From: Pseudomonadota bacterium
GTDB taxonomy: Bacteria > Pseudomonadota > Gammaproteobacteria > Burkholderiales > Thiobacillaceae
Direction: 5' to 3'
Length of the DNA: 64,000 nucleotides
NCBI GenBank assembly: GCA_021826065.1
Contig: JAKADY010000011.1
Span: 7 to 64,006, forward strand
A program made the position numbers and the translations under genes. Shown here one piece after another: positions 26,338 through 33,459 of the stretch (position 1 is the first letter of the stretch; the number at the start of each line of letters is the position of its first letter). Below the pieces are notes generated by a model. It ran no database searches. It saw nothing but the letters and a program-made list of their open reading frames with translations, and was not told where the DNA came from.

Positions 26338-28692
26338 TCATCGCGTCAGCCCCATATAGAGCATCGGTAACTTCTCCGGCAGCCGCTCCACGTGGTCGAG
26401 CACGGTGAAGTTCTTGACCCCGAAGATGCGCGACACATAGAGGTCGGCATGCGGGTCGAGCGACAGGGCATAGGTGACGATGCCGTCGCGCGTGAGCTCC
26501 TCCACCGCGCGTTTGGCGTCGAAGCGCAGGTATTGCGGGTCGCGCACGTCCTGGTCGGCCGGCTCGCCGTCGGTGATGATGAACAGGATCTTCTTGGCGT
26601 GCGGCTGCTGCTTGAGGAAGCTCCCGGCGTGGCGCAGGGCCGCCCCCATGCGCGTGGAGTAGCTGCCCTGCATGCCGGCCAGCCGTGCCTTGACGACATC
26701 GTTGTAGGGCTGGGCGAAGTCCTTGAAGCGGTAATAGTGCACGTCGTGCCGGCCGTCCGAGCAGAAGCCGTGGATGGCGAAGGGGTCGCCGATGCGGTGA
26801 AGCGCGTCGGCGAGCAGCACGGTGGCGGCGCGCGTGAGATCGAGGATGCTGTAGTCTTGGCCACGCACCTTGTCGTTGGAGGATTCTGACAGGTCGAGCA
26901 GCACCATCACCGCCAGGTCGCGCACGTGGCGCTTGAGCCGCATCATGATGCGCGTGTCGGGTTGTCGCCCCATGCGGATGTCGATCATGGCCCGCACGGC
27001 GGCGTTGATGTCCAGCTCGTCGCCGTCCTCCACCCGGCGGATGCGCTGCATGCCCTGCGGGATCATGGACTCGATCAAGAACTTGAGCCGCGAGATGACC
27101 GGTTTGTTGTCTTCGATGAGCTTCTCGATCACCGCCAGGTCGCCCAGGCGCGGCCGCCGCTCCAGCACGGTCACCCAGCTGGGGCGCTCCAGCTGGATCT
27201 GGTAGTCCCACTCGTGATAGTGCACCGGGTCGGCCACCGGCTCCTTGCCTTCCAGGGCGTTGATGGTCACCCCCTCCTGATCGAGGTAGAACTCAGTGGG
27301 CAGCACCCAGATCTCCTGGGCGTCGTCGCCGGCGAACTCGACGTCCACCTCGTTGACCATCTCCATGACGTTGACCTTCTTGCGCACCTGCTTGGGTGCC
27401 CAGGTCGCCTCCAAGGCCACTTCCTCGCTGTATTCCTCCGATTCCCAGACGGTGCGGTTGTCGTCGCGGTAGATGGCGCGCAGGCCATCGGTGCGCGGGT
27501 TGTACTCCGGCAGGGGGATCTGGCCTAGGTGATGGGCGAGTTCCACCCCGATGTTCCAGCTCAGCTGATTGCTCGTGAGGTCGGTCTCGGCGCGGAACAG
27601 CTCGACCCCCTTGCGCACCCAGGGGTGCGGGTCGGCGTCGTCCTGGGCGAGCAGGGCGCGCGCCAGGCGGTTGATGAGGTCGCCGACGGTCTTCGGCTCG
27701 CCATAGTCGGGCTGCGGGTGGAAGGCAAGCCACGCTGCACGCATGTTGGGGAACTGCCGGCAGGCGAGCTCCTCCACGCGGGCGTCCTCGATCGCCTCGA
27801 TGATCGCCATCTGCGTGGTGTTGAGTTCCTGCATGGACAGCGGCGCATGGGTGAAGACCAGGTGGGCGGCGCAGTGGTTGGCCGCGGCGCGGTAGATCTC
27901 CAGGCCCGGGATCACCAGCTCGGGCGGCGTGGCCTCGCCAAAGGGGCGATAGTCGTCGTAGGCGTCGGCGATGTGGATCACATAGCGTTCGATGTAGGGC
28001 TTCAGTCCCTCGCGCGTCTCGTAGTCGCCGGCGGTCGGGCGCAGAAAGAAGTCGCGCCCCCACATGGCGCGCAGATAGATGTTGAGCCGGCGCTGCACAT
28101 CGACGAAGAGGGTGCCCTTGCGCTCGGCCTGCAGCACCGACAGGGCGTCCGGGCTCTGCAGGGAGAAGTAGCGCACCTGGCCGTCGAAGTCGGTCTTGTA
28201 GGCCTGCGCCCCCCACTGCACCCAGCGGCGCAGGCCCCCCAGGGTGAGCTGGGTAAGCAGCCGGTCCAGGTTCTCCAACATGGGCCGCAAGCCGCGCGGG
28301 GCCTGCGCCAGCATGATGGACAGCACGTTGAGATAGTTGCGGAAGAGGTCGGGGTCGCCCAGGCGCTCGGCGGCGAGCGGGGCGGTCGCGGCGATCAGGG
28401 TCAGCACCTGGCCCGAGGTCTTCGAGGCCATGCTGAGCAGGAAGTTGACCAGGTCCGGCAGCACGTCCTCGCCGATCGCCCGCGCCACCTCCGGCATGGT
28501 CTGCAGGTAGGTGACCACGAGCTCCTCGCCGCGGCCCAGGCTGTGCAGGGCGACCGCCCCCTTGAGGTAGTTGTCCAGCCCGCGCGAGGAGAAGGCGCGC
28601 GCCGCCTCGTTCCAGGCCCCACGCAGCACCTCCAGGGCGCCGTGCGGTAGCTCAGCGGTGAGCGCCTGATAGTCCTCGAGTTTGATGGCCAT
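26338..28692 (-). CDS. cbbO: RuBisCO activase adaptor subunit CbbO (vWA domain)
   Basis: 784 aa directly downstream of cbbQ. C-terminal vWA/MIDAS-type region (VMVLLDLSESSND...IFIITDGEPAD). Size and position typical of CbbO. Confidence 0.85.
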   Translation of the reverse strand: MAIKLEDYQALTAELPHGALEVLRGAWNEAARAFSSRGLDNYLKGAVALHSLGRGEELVVTYLQTMPEVARAIGEDVLPDLVNFLLSMASKTSGQVLTLIAATAPLAAERLGDPDLFRNYLNVLSIMLAQAPRGLRPMLENLDRLLTQLTLGGLRRWVQWGAQAYKTDFDGQVRYFSLQSPDALSVLQAERKGTLFVDVQRRLNIYLRAMWGRDFFLRPTAGDYETREGLKPYIERYVIHIADAYDDYRPFGEATPPELVIPGLEIYRAAANHCAAHLVFTHAPLSMQELNTTQMAIIEAIEDARVEELACRQFPNMRAAWLAFHPQPDYGEPKTVGDLINRLARALLAQDDADPHPWVRKGVELFRAETDLTSNQLSWNIGVELAHHLGQIPLPEYNPRTDGLRAIYRDDNRTVWESEEYSEEVALEATWAPKQVRKKVNVMEMVNEVDVEFAGDDAQEIWVLPTEFYLDQEGVTINALEGKEPVADPVHYHEWDYQIQLERPSWVTVLERRPRLGDLAVIEKLIEDNKPVISRLKFLIESMIPQGMQRIRRVEDGDELDINAAVRAMIDIRMGRQPDTRIMMRLKRHVRDLAVMVLLDLSESSNDKVRGQDYSILDLTRAATVLLADALHRIGDPFAIHGFCSDGRHDVHYYRFKDFAQPYNDVVKARLAGMQGSYSTRMGAALRHAGSFLKQQPHAKKILFIITDGEPADQDVRDPQYLRFDAKRAVEELTRDGIVTYALSLDPHADLYVSRIFGVKNFTVLDHVERLPEKLPMLYMGLTR

Positions 28693-28723
28693 CCGGGTTC
28701 AGGGTCCGGGTTTCAGGTTTCAG
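28693..28723 (-). repeat. CTGAAAC-type heptad repeats abutting the cbbO start codon
   Basis: Read on the minus strand: CTGAAAC-CTGAAAC-CCGGACC-CTGAACC-CGG-ATG. No GGAGG-type SD visible. Confidence 0.5.
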
Positions 28724-28790
28724 TCAATCCTCGCTGCGGTGCAGCGCGGCAAAACGACTGCATCCTGTAACCCGCAGCCCGTATCCTGAA

Positions 28791-29705
28791 TCAAAAGTAG
28801 GTGGTCACGGCCGAGTCCAGCGCGTCGCGCATGTCGGGGTCGTCGGTGATCGGCCGCACCAGGGCCACGCGGCAGGCGGCCAGCGGGGCCACGCCCTTGG
28901 CGATGAGACTGCCGGCGTAGATCAGCATGCGCGTGGAAATGCCTTCGTCGAGGCCATGGCCCTTGAGGTTGCGGGCGCGTTCGCCGATGTGCACCAGCTT
29001 CTTCGCCGTCTCCAGGTCCACGCCGGACTCGTGCGCGACGATCTCCGCCTCTATCTCGAACTCCGGGTAGTTGAAGTCGAGGGCGCCAAAGCGCTGCTTG
29101 GTGGACTGCTTCAGGTCCTTCATCAGCGACTGATAGCCGGGGTTGTAGGAGATGACGAGCTGAAAGTCCGGATGTGCCTCCACGACCTCACCCTTCTTCT
29201 CCAGCGGCAGCATGCGCCGCGCGTCGGTGAGCGGGTGGATCACCACGGTGGTGTCCTGGCGCGCCTCGACCACCTCGTCGAGGTAGCAGATGGCGCCATG
29301 CCGGGCGGCGAGCGTGAGCGGTCCGTCCTGCCAGCGGGTGCCCTGGGCGTCGAGGAGAAAGCGCCCGACCAGATCGCTCGCGGTCATGTCCTCGTTGCAG
29401 GCCACGGTGATCAGCGGCTTGTTGAGGCGCCAGGCCATGTATTCGACGAAGCGGGTCTTGCCGCAGCCGGTGGGCCCCTTGAGCATGATGGGCATGCGCA
29501 CCGAGTAGGCCGCCTCATAGAGCTGGACCTCATCCGCCACGGGGCGGTAATAGGGCTCGGTCTTGACCCGGTATTGTGCGAGCACGTCGGCACCGCCGCC
29601 GTCCGCGGCCGGACGTTGCTGCGCCGCCGCCTGACGCTGGGCGGCGGCGCGCGCCAGGGCCTCCTGGCGGGGGGAATAGGTCCGCATGTAGAAGTCGTTG
29701 CGCAT
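28791..29705 (-). CDS. cbbQ: RuBisCO activase AAA+ subunit CbbQ
   Basis: [18 protein letters not shown]...[19 protein letters not shown]...[20 protein letters not shown] is canonical CbbQ. The track start (29705) adds a ~40-aa Ala/Gln-rich N-extension; in-frame GTG at 29585 would give the usual ~264 aa. Confidence 0.88.
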   Translation of the reverse strand: MRNDFYMRTYSPRQEALARAAAQRQAAAQQRPAADGGGADVLAQYRVKTEPYYRPVADEVQLYEAAYSVRMPIMLKGPTGCGKTRFVEYMAWRLNKPLITVACNEDMTASDLVGRFLLDAQGTRWQDGPLTLAARHGAICYLDEVVEARQDTTVVIHPLTDARRMLPLEKKGEVVEAHPDFQLVISYNPGYQSLMKDLKQSTKQRFGALDFNYPEFEIEAEIVAHESGVDLETAKKLVHIGERARNLKGHGLDEGISTRMLIYAGSLIAKGVAPLAACRVALVRPITDDPDMRDALDSAVTTYF

Positions 29706-29720
29706 GGTTCTGATCCTCGA

Positions 29721-30005
29721 TCAATCCGGCCAGACGCGTGCCGGGAAGAGTGTGCTGCCGCTCTCCTCGACGAAGTTGGCCGAGCGCGCCGGGGCCTTGG
29801 GCTGCGTCTGCTGCGCCGCCGGCTTTGCCGTGGCGGGGGCCTTGCGGGTGCGCGTGCGGGCGACGGCCGGCTTGGCCGCAGTGGTTCGTCCCGCAGGCTG
29901 CTTGGCGGCGGCGGGCGGCTCAGCCGCCGGCTGGTCTGCGGCGGGCGCCTGGGTGGCCTTGGCGCGACGCACGTTGGCGGAGAGTTTGTCCTTGAGATTG
30001 CTCAT
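29721..30005 (-). CDS. McdB-like intrinsically disordered carboxysome-positioning partner (candidate)
   Basis: 94-aa reading frame whose ATG overlaps the ParA stop (ATGA). Extremely Ala/Pro/Lys/Thr/Gln-rich and basic. Ends ...FPARVWPD, with a Trp in the last four residues as reported for McdB proteins. Hidden inside the longer track ORF 29721..30497. Confidence 0.55.
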   Translation of the reverse strand: MSNLKDKLSANVRRAKATQAPAADQPAAEPPAAAKQPAGRTTAAKPAVARTRTRKAPATAKPAAQQTQPKAPARSANFVEESGSTLFPARVWPD

Positions 30006-30637
30006 GGTGCGATCACCTCTGTAATGATGGCTTCGATCTCGGCGGCCGCCTCGGCGCCCCGCCGGCCCATTTGATAGACAGACAGCCCTTCCAGCGCGGC
30101 GCCCCGGTAGGCAGCGCGGCGGCGGATGGCGGCCTTCAGCACGGGGATGCCGAATTCCGCCAGGGCCTCGTGCATGGCCGCCGACAGGGCGCTCTTGGGC
30201 TCGAGCTGGTTGAGCACCAGATAGGCGCGCAGCCGGGCGTTTTCCCGGCGCGCCTCGGCGATCTCCTGCGGCAGGCGCAGGCTCGCCCACAGGTCCACCG
30301 GCGAGGGCAGCACGGGGATCAACGCCAGGTCGCAGGCGCGCAGGGCCTGCAGCGTGGCGTGGCTCTCCAGCGAGGGCGGGCAGTCGAGCACCATGTGCCG
30401 GTAGTTCCGGTAGTTCTGGTGCAGGCTGCGCGCGTCCCACCGGCCCGTGATCCGCTTGACCGTGGCCGGAAAGGGCTCGGCCCCCAGGCTGGCCCATTGC
30501 AGCGAGGAGCCTTGCGGATCGAGGTCGATCACCACCGTCTCGCCCCGCCGGGCAAGTCCGGCCGCCAGGTTCATGGCCAGGGTGGTCTTGCCGGCCCCGC
30601 CCTTCTGGTTGACGATCGCGGTGACCTGGGTGGCCAT
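30002..30637 (-). CDS. mcdA: ParA-family ATPase in the carboxysome operon (McdA-type)
   Basis: ATG at 30637 ([25 protein letters not shown]), deviant Walker A KGGAGKT, ~211 aa, located between the PCD-like gene and cbbQ as in other alpha-carboxysome loci. Confidence 0.75.
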   Translation of the reverse strand: MATQVTAIVNQKGGAGKTTLAMNLAAGLARRGETVVIDLDPQGSSLQWASLGAEPFPATVKRITGRWDARSLHQNYRNYRHMVLDCPPSLESHATLQALRACDLALIPVLPSPVDLWASLRLPQEIAEARRENARLRAYLVLNQLEPKSALSAAMHEALAEFGIPVLKAAIRRRAAYRGAALEGLSVYQMGRRGAEAAAEIEAIITEVIAP

Positions 30638-30720
30638 TTCAGTACGCGCCGGGCCGCCCGAAGCGGACTGACAGCCCCCTCGTGGGGCGGCGAGCATCGC
30701 GAGCCGGGGGTCGTATCATC

Positions 30721-31008
30721 TTAGGACTCGCCGTCGCGCGCCGGCACGAACAGGGCGTTGATGCGCAACGCGAAGCGATGCTCCACCTCGGTGAGCGCCC
30801 CGCCCTCGACGGCCTCCAGCGTGACGTTGACGTAGGTCGTGCCGAAGTTGATGTTCTGCGGGTGTAGCCCCGTCTCCTCGGCCAGCGCGGCCAGGGCGTC
30901 GAGGAAGCGGCGCGTGTCGGCGTAGCGGGCGAACTCGAAGCGGCGAAACAGCGTCGGCGGTTTGCCGCGCGCCTCCCAGCCTTCGGGCAGATCGAGGGGC
31001 GCGGTCAT
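30721..31008 (-). CDS. pterin-4a-carbinolamine-dehydratase-like protein (acRAF-type RuBisCO assembly factor)
   Basis: ATG at 31008 (MTAPLDLPEGW). 95 aa. FEFARYADTRRFLDALAALAEETGLHPQNINFGTTYVNVTL matches the PCD fold pattern with a degenerate active-site HHP. Position typical of alpha-carboxysome operons. Confidence 0.7.
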   Translation of the reverse strand: MTAPLDLPEGWEARGKPPTLFRRFEFARYADTRRFLDALAALAEETGLHPQNINFGTTYVNVTLEAVEGGALTEVEHRFALRINALFVPARDGES

Positions 31009-31060
31009 GTCCCACCGCTCCCCGGCATTCGCACGACAGTCGCGCAAGCCGACTCTCGCT

Positions 31061-31156
31061 GCTCCCTTCCCCCGCAAACGGGGGAGGGGTTGGGGGTGAG
31101 GGGGACTGGCATGACTTTCATGCTTGGGGGTCTTTGCTCAAAGTCATGCCAGTCAG
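31061..31156. repeat. BoxC-like GGGTGAGGG repeat, copy 2 (subtype with ...CTCAAAGTCATG tail)
   Basis: GCTCCCTTCCCCCGCAAACGGGGGAGGGGTTGGGGGTGAGGGGGACTGGCATGACTTT...AAAGTCATGCCAGTC. Overlaps the last ~13 codons of the ferritin-like gene. Confidence 0.8.
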
Positions 31157-31564
31157 CCCCTCGAGCGCCTGCACGTGCGACTGCTCCTCGCGCAGGATGG
31201 ACTCGAGCAGCGCCGCGCTGTCGGCATCGCGCATGCGCCGGGCATGCGCCAGCGCTTCCTGGTACAGGCGCACCGCATTGAGCTCGAGCTGGCGGTCGGC
31301 CTCGATGAGCGCCTCGGGGCTGCGGCCGAGCCGGGCCGGGGTCAGGTTGCCGGCCGAGGGTGCGACACCCAAAAGGATCAGCCGCTCCATCAGGCGTTCA
31401 GCGTGTTCCAGCTCCTCGATCGCCTCATGCCTGAACTTGGCCGCCAGGGCCGCGTCGCCCCACAGCCGCGCCAGAACACTTTGGGCGAGGTACTGCTGCA
31501 CGGCGCCCATCTCGTGGTTGAGCGCGCGTGCCAGCCACCCCAGTGTGCGCGGGTCGACACTCAT
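31118..31564 (-). CDS. ferritin/bacterioferritin-like carboxysome-associated protein
   Basis: 148 aa. Four-helix-bundle di-iron pattern (NHEMGAVQQY...EAIEELEHAERL...ELNAVRLYQEAL...REEQSHVQAL). Directly follows the csoS1 genes. Confidence 0.7.
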   Translation of the reverse strand: MSVDPRTLGWLARALNHEMGAVQQYLAQSVLARLWGDAALAAKFRHEAIEELEHAERLMERLILLGVAPSAGNLTPARLGRSPEALIEADRQLELNAVRLYQEALAHARRMRDADSAALLESILREEQSHVQALEGLTGMTLSKDPQA

Positions 31565-31579
31565 GCGCCGCTATGAGGC

Positions 31580-31918
31580 TCAGCTGCGCGTCGAGGTGAT
31601 CTCGGCGTCGCGGCCGCCGCCGCCGGCATCGGGCGCGGTCGGCAGGATGCCCTCGACCTCGCTGTGCACGCGGGCGATGATGTGCGCGGCCACCAGGCCG
31701 TCGCCCACGCGTTCGCAGGCGTCGGCGCCGGCGCGCACCGCGGCGTTGACCGCCCCGGTCTCGCCGCGCACCAGCACGGTCACATAACCGCCGCCGACGA
31801 ACTGACGGCCGATCAGACGCACCTCGGCCGCCTTGCACATGGCGTCGGCCGCCTCGATCGCGGGCACCAGGCCGCGCGTCTCGATCATGCCCAAGGCAAT
31901 GCCTGTCACGTTAGCCAT
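31580..31918 (-). CDS. csoS1: carboxysome shell hexamer protein CsoS1 (copy with C-terminal extension, CsoS1B-like)
   Basis: MANVTGIALGMIETRGLVPAIEAADAMCKAAEVRLIG... BMC-H domain, plus a 14-aa Gly-rich tail (DAGGGGRDAEITSTRS). Confidence 0.9.
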   Translation of the reverse strand: MANVTGIALGMIETRGLVPAIEAADAMCKAAEVRLIGRQFVGGGYVTVLVRGETGAVNAAVRAGADACERVGDGLVAAHIIARVHSEVEGILPTAPDAGGGGRDAEITSTRS

Positions 31919-31953
31919 TATGGTTCTCCATCAGAGGGTTGGGCCACGCCCGT

Positions 31954-32247
31954 TCAGGCGGTGGGGGCGGTGGGCAGGATGCCTTCCACCTCGCTGTGCA
32001 CACGGGCGATGATGTGCGCCGCCACCAGACCGTCACCCACGCGCTCGCAGGCGTCGGCACCGGCGCGCACGGCGGCGTTGACCGCCCCGGTCTCGCCGCG
32101 CACCAGCACGGTCACATAGCCGCCGCCGACGAACTGACGGCCGATCAGACGTACTTCGGCCGCCTTGCACATGGCGTCGGCCGCCTCGATCGCGGGCACC
32201 AGGCCGCGGGTTTCGATCATGCCCAGGGCAATACCACTCGTTGCCAT
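31954..32247 (-). CDS. csoS1: carboxysome shell hexamer protein CsoS1
   Basis: 97-aa BMC-H protein. Residues 6-95 (from GIALGMIETRG to GILPTAP) are identical to the neighbouring copy 31580..31918. Confidence 0.9.
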   Translation of the reverse strand: MATSGIALGMIETRGLVPAIEAADAMCKAAEVRLIGRQFVGGGYVTVLVRGETGAVNAAVRAGADACERVGDGLVAAHIIARVHSEVEGILPTAPTA

Positions 32248-32291
32248 CTTCTGTTCTCCTATCTCAGGTTGAGGAAATTACGTACCGCCTT

Positions 32292-32379
32292 TCAAGAAAC
32301 TCGCCTGGCTGTCCCAAGAGTTTCTTGGCCTCCGTGGGGGGCGATTCTACGCGCAGCGTGGAATCGGGGGCCGTGCTCA
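32292..32379 (-). repeat. 88-nt structured intercistronic element, copy A (between two csoS1 genes)
   Basis: Alignable end to end with 53657-53745 (89 nt). Contains a perfect 10-bp stem CAAGAAACTC/GAGTTTCTTG (32293-32327) and a second stem CGATTC/GAATCG (32342-32366). Its end includes the csoS1 stop codon (TGA at 32379-32377). Confidence 0.75.
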
Positions 32380-32673
32380 GACAGTCGGGGCGGTCGGCAG
32401 GATGCCTTCCACCTCGCTGTGCACACGGGCGATGATGTGCGCGGCCACCAGACCGTCACCCACGCGCTCGCAGGCGTCGGCACCGGCGCGCACGGCAGCG
32501 TTGACCGCGCCGGTCTCGCCGCGCACCAGCACGGTCACATAGCCGCCGCCGACGAACTGACGGCCGATCAGACGCACCTCGGCGGCCTTGGTCATGGCGT
32601 CGGCCGCCTCGATCGCGGGGACCAGCCCCCGGGTCTCGATCATGCCCAGCGCAATACCCATACGTTCTGCCAT
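32377..32673 (-). CDS. csoS1: carboxysome shell hexamer protein CsoS1
   Basis: ATG at 32673 preceded by AAGGAG (track ORF runs to 32766). 98-aa BMC-H protein differing from the other two copies at only a few positions (e.g. AMTKAA versus AMCKAA). Confidence 0.9.
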   Translation of the reverse strand: MAERMGIALGMIETRGLVPAIEAADAMTKAAEVRLIGRQFVGGGYVTVLVRGETGAVNAAVRAGADACERVGDGLVAAHIIARVHSEVEGILPTAPTV

Positions 32674-32793
32674 TTCATGACTCCTTCTAGGAACAACGTT
32701 AATAACAAGTTCACGACCACTTGCATCGCCGGGGGATCGTGTCCCGAACTGCGTAAATCCGTCCATCAGGTCTGCGACACCGCTGCAAACGCG

Positions 32794-32833
32794 TGTAGGA
32801 GCGACGACAGTCGCGACTCGCGTCGCTCCTACA
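32794..32833. repeat. REP-type hairpin (TGTAGGAGCGACG family)
   Basis: TGTAGGAGCGACG - 14-nt loop containing palindrome AGTCGCGACT - CGTCGCTCCTACA. Perfect 13-bp arms, in the csoS4B-csoS1 gap. Confidence 0.75.
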
Positions 32834-32856
32834 GGGGCTTGTCATGGGTCGTGGCT

Positions 32857-33102
32857 TCATTCTTCCCAATTGTCGATGATGCCGCAGATGGTCAGGTCGG
32901 TCGTGACCTTCGCATCGCGCATCGCCAGCCGCGCGGCGCTACCGCTGACGGTGAACACCCACTTGCCCGGCGGCACGCCCACCGGGTCGGTGGCCACCGA
33001 CAAGGCGCCCTTCTGGTCCTCCAGCACCCGCAGCGACTCCACGCCCAGGCCCGGCACCCGCCGCGTGCAGACCAACTCGTCGATCACCCGCATGATCTCC
33101 AT
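32857..33102 (-). CDS. csoS4B: carboxysome vertex pentamer protein CsoS4B
   Basis: ATG at 33102 (MEIMRVIDELVCTRR...), 81 aa, EutN/CcmL-like. The start overlaps the csoS4A stop by 1 nt (TGATG). Confidence 0.82.
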   Translation of the reverse strand: MEIMRVIDELVCTRRVPGLGVESLRVLEDQKGALSVATDPVGVPPGKWVFTVSGSAARLAMRDAKVTTDLTICGIIDNWEE

Positions 33103-33419
33103 CAGGCCTTCTCTCCGCTGGCGGCGCCCGCTTCGCTGGCCGCCGGCTTGGTGGCCGGCGCGGCGGGGGCGTCGGGCTCCCAATGGTCGATGATGCCGAC
33201 GATGGTCAGATCGGACGGGAAGTCCTTGCTGCCGGCGGCATCGCGCGCAGCACTCGAACCGACGCAGATCACCCAGTCACCCGGGATACAACCCACGGCA
33301 TCGATCGCCACGCTGCGGGTACCGCCGATCTTCTCCTGCACGACCAGGAGGGGACGGTGCCCGAGCTGTTCGATGCGGTTGGTCGAAACCAGGGTCTTTT
33401 CCACGCGCATGATCTTCAT
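33102..33419 (-). CDS. csoS4A: carboxysome vertex pentamer protein CsoS4A with Ala/Pro-rich C-terminal tail
   Basis: MKIMRVEKTLVSTNRIEQLG... EutN/CcmL-like core of ~83 aa, followed by EPDAPAAPATKPAASEAGAASGEKA. Confidence 0.82.
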   Translation of the reverse strand: MKIMRVEKTLVSTNRIEQLGHRPLLVVQEKIGGTRSVAIDAVGCIPGDWVICVGSSAARDAAGSKDFPSDLTIVGIIDHWEPDAPAAPATKPAASEAGAASGEKA

Positions 33420-33459
33420 GAGCTCACACCCGTTGCCGTTCGATTACCCTCAGGTCTAT

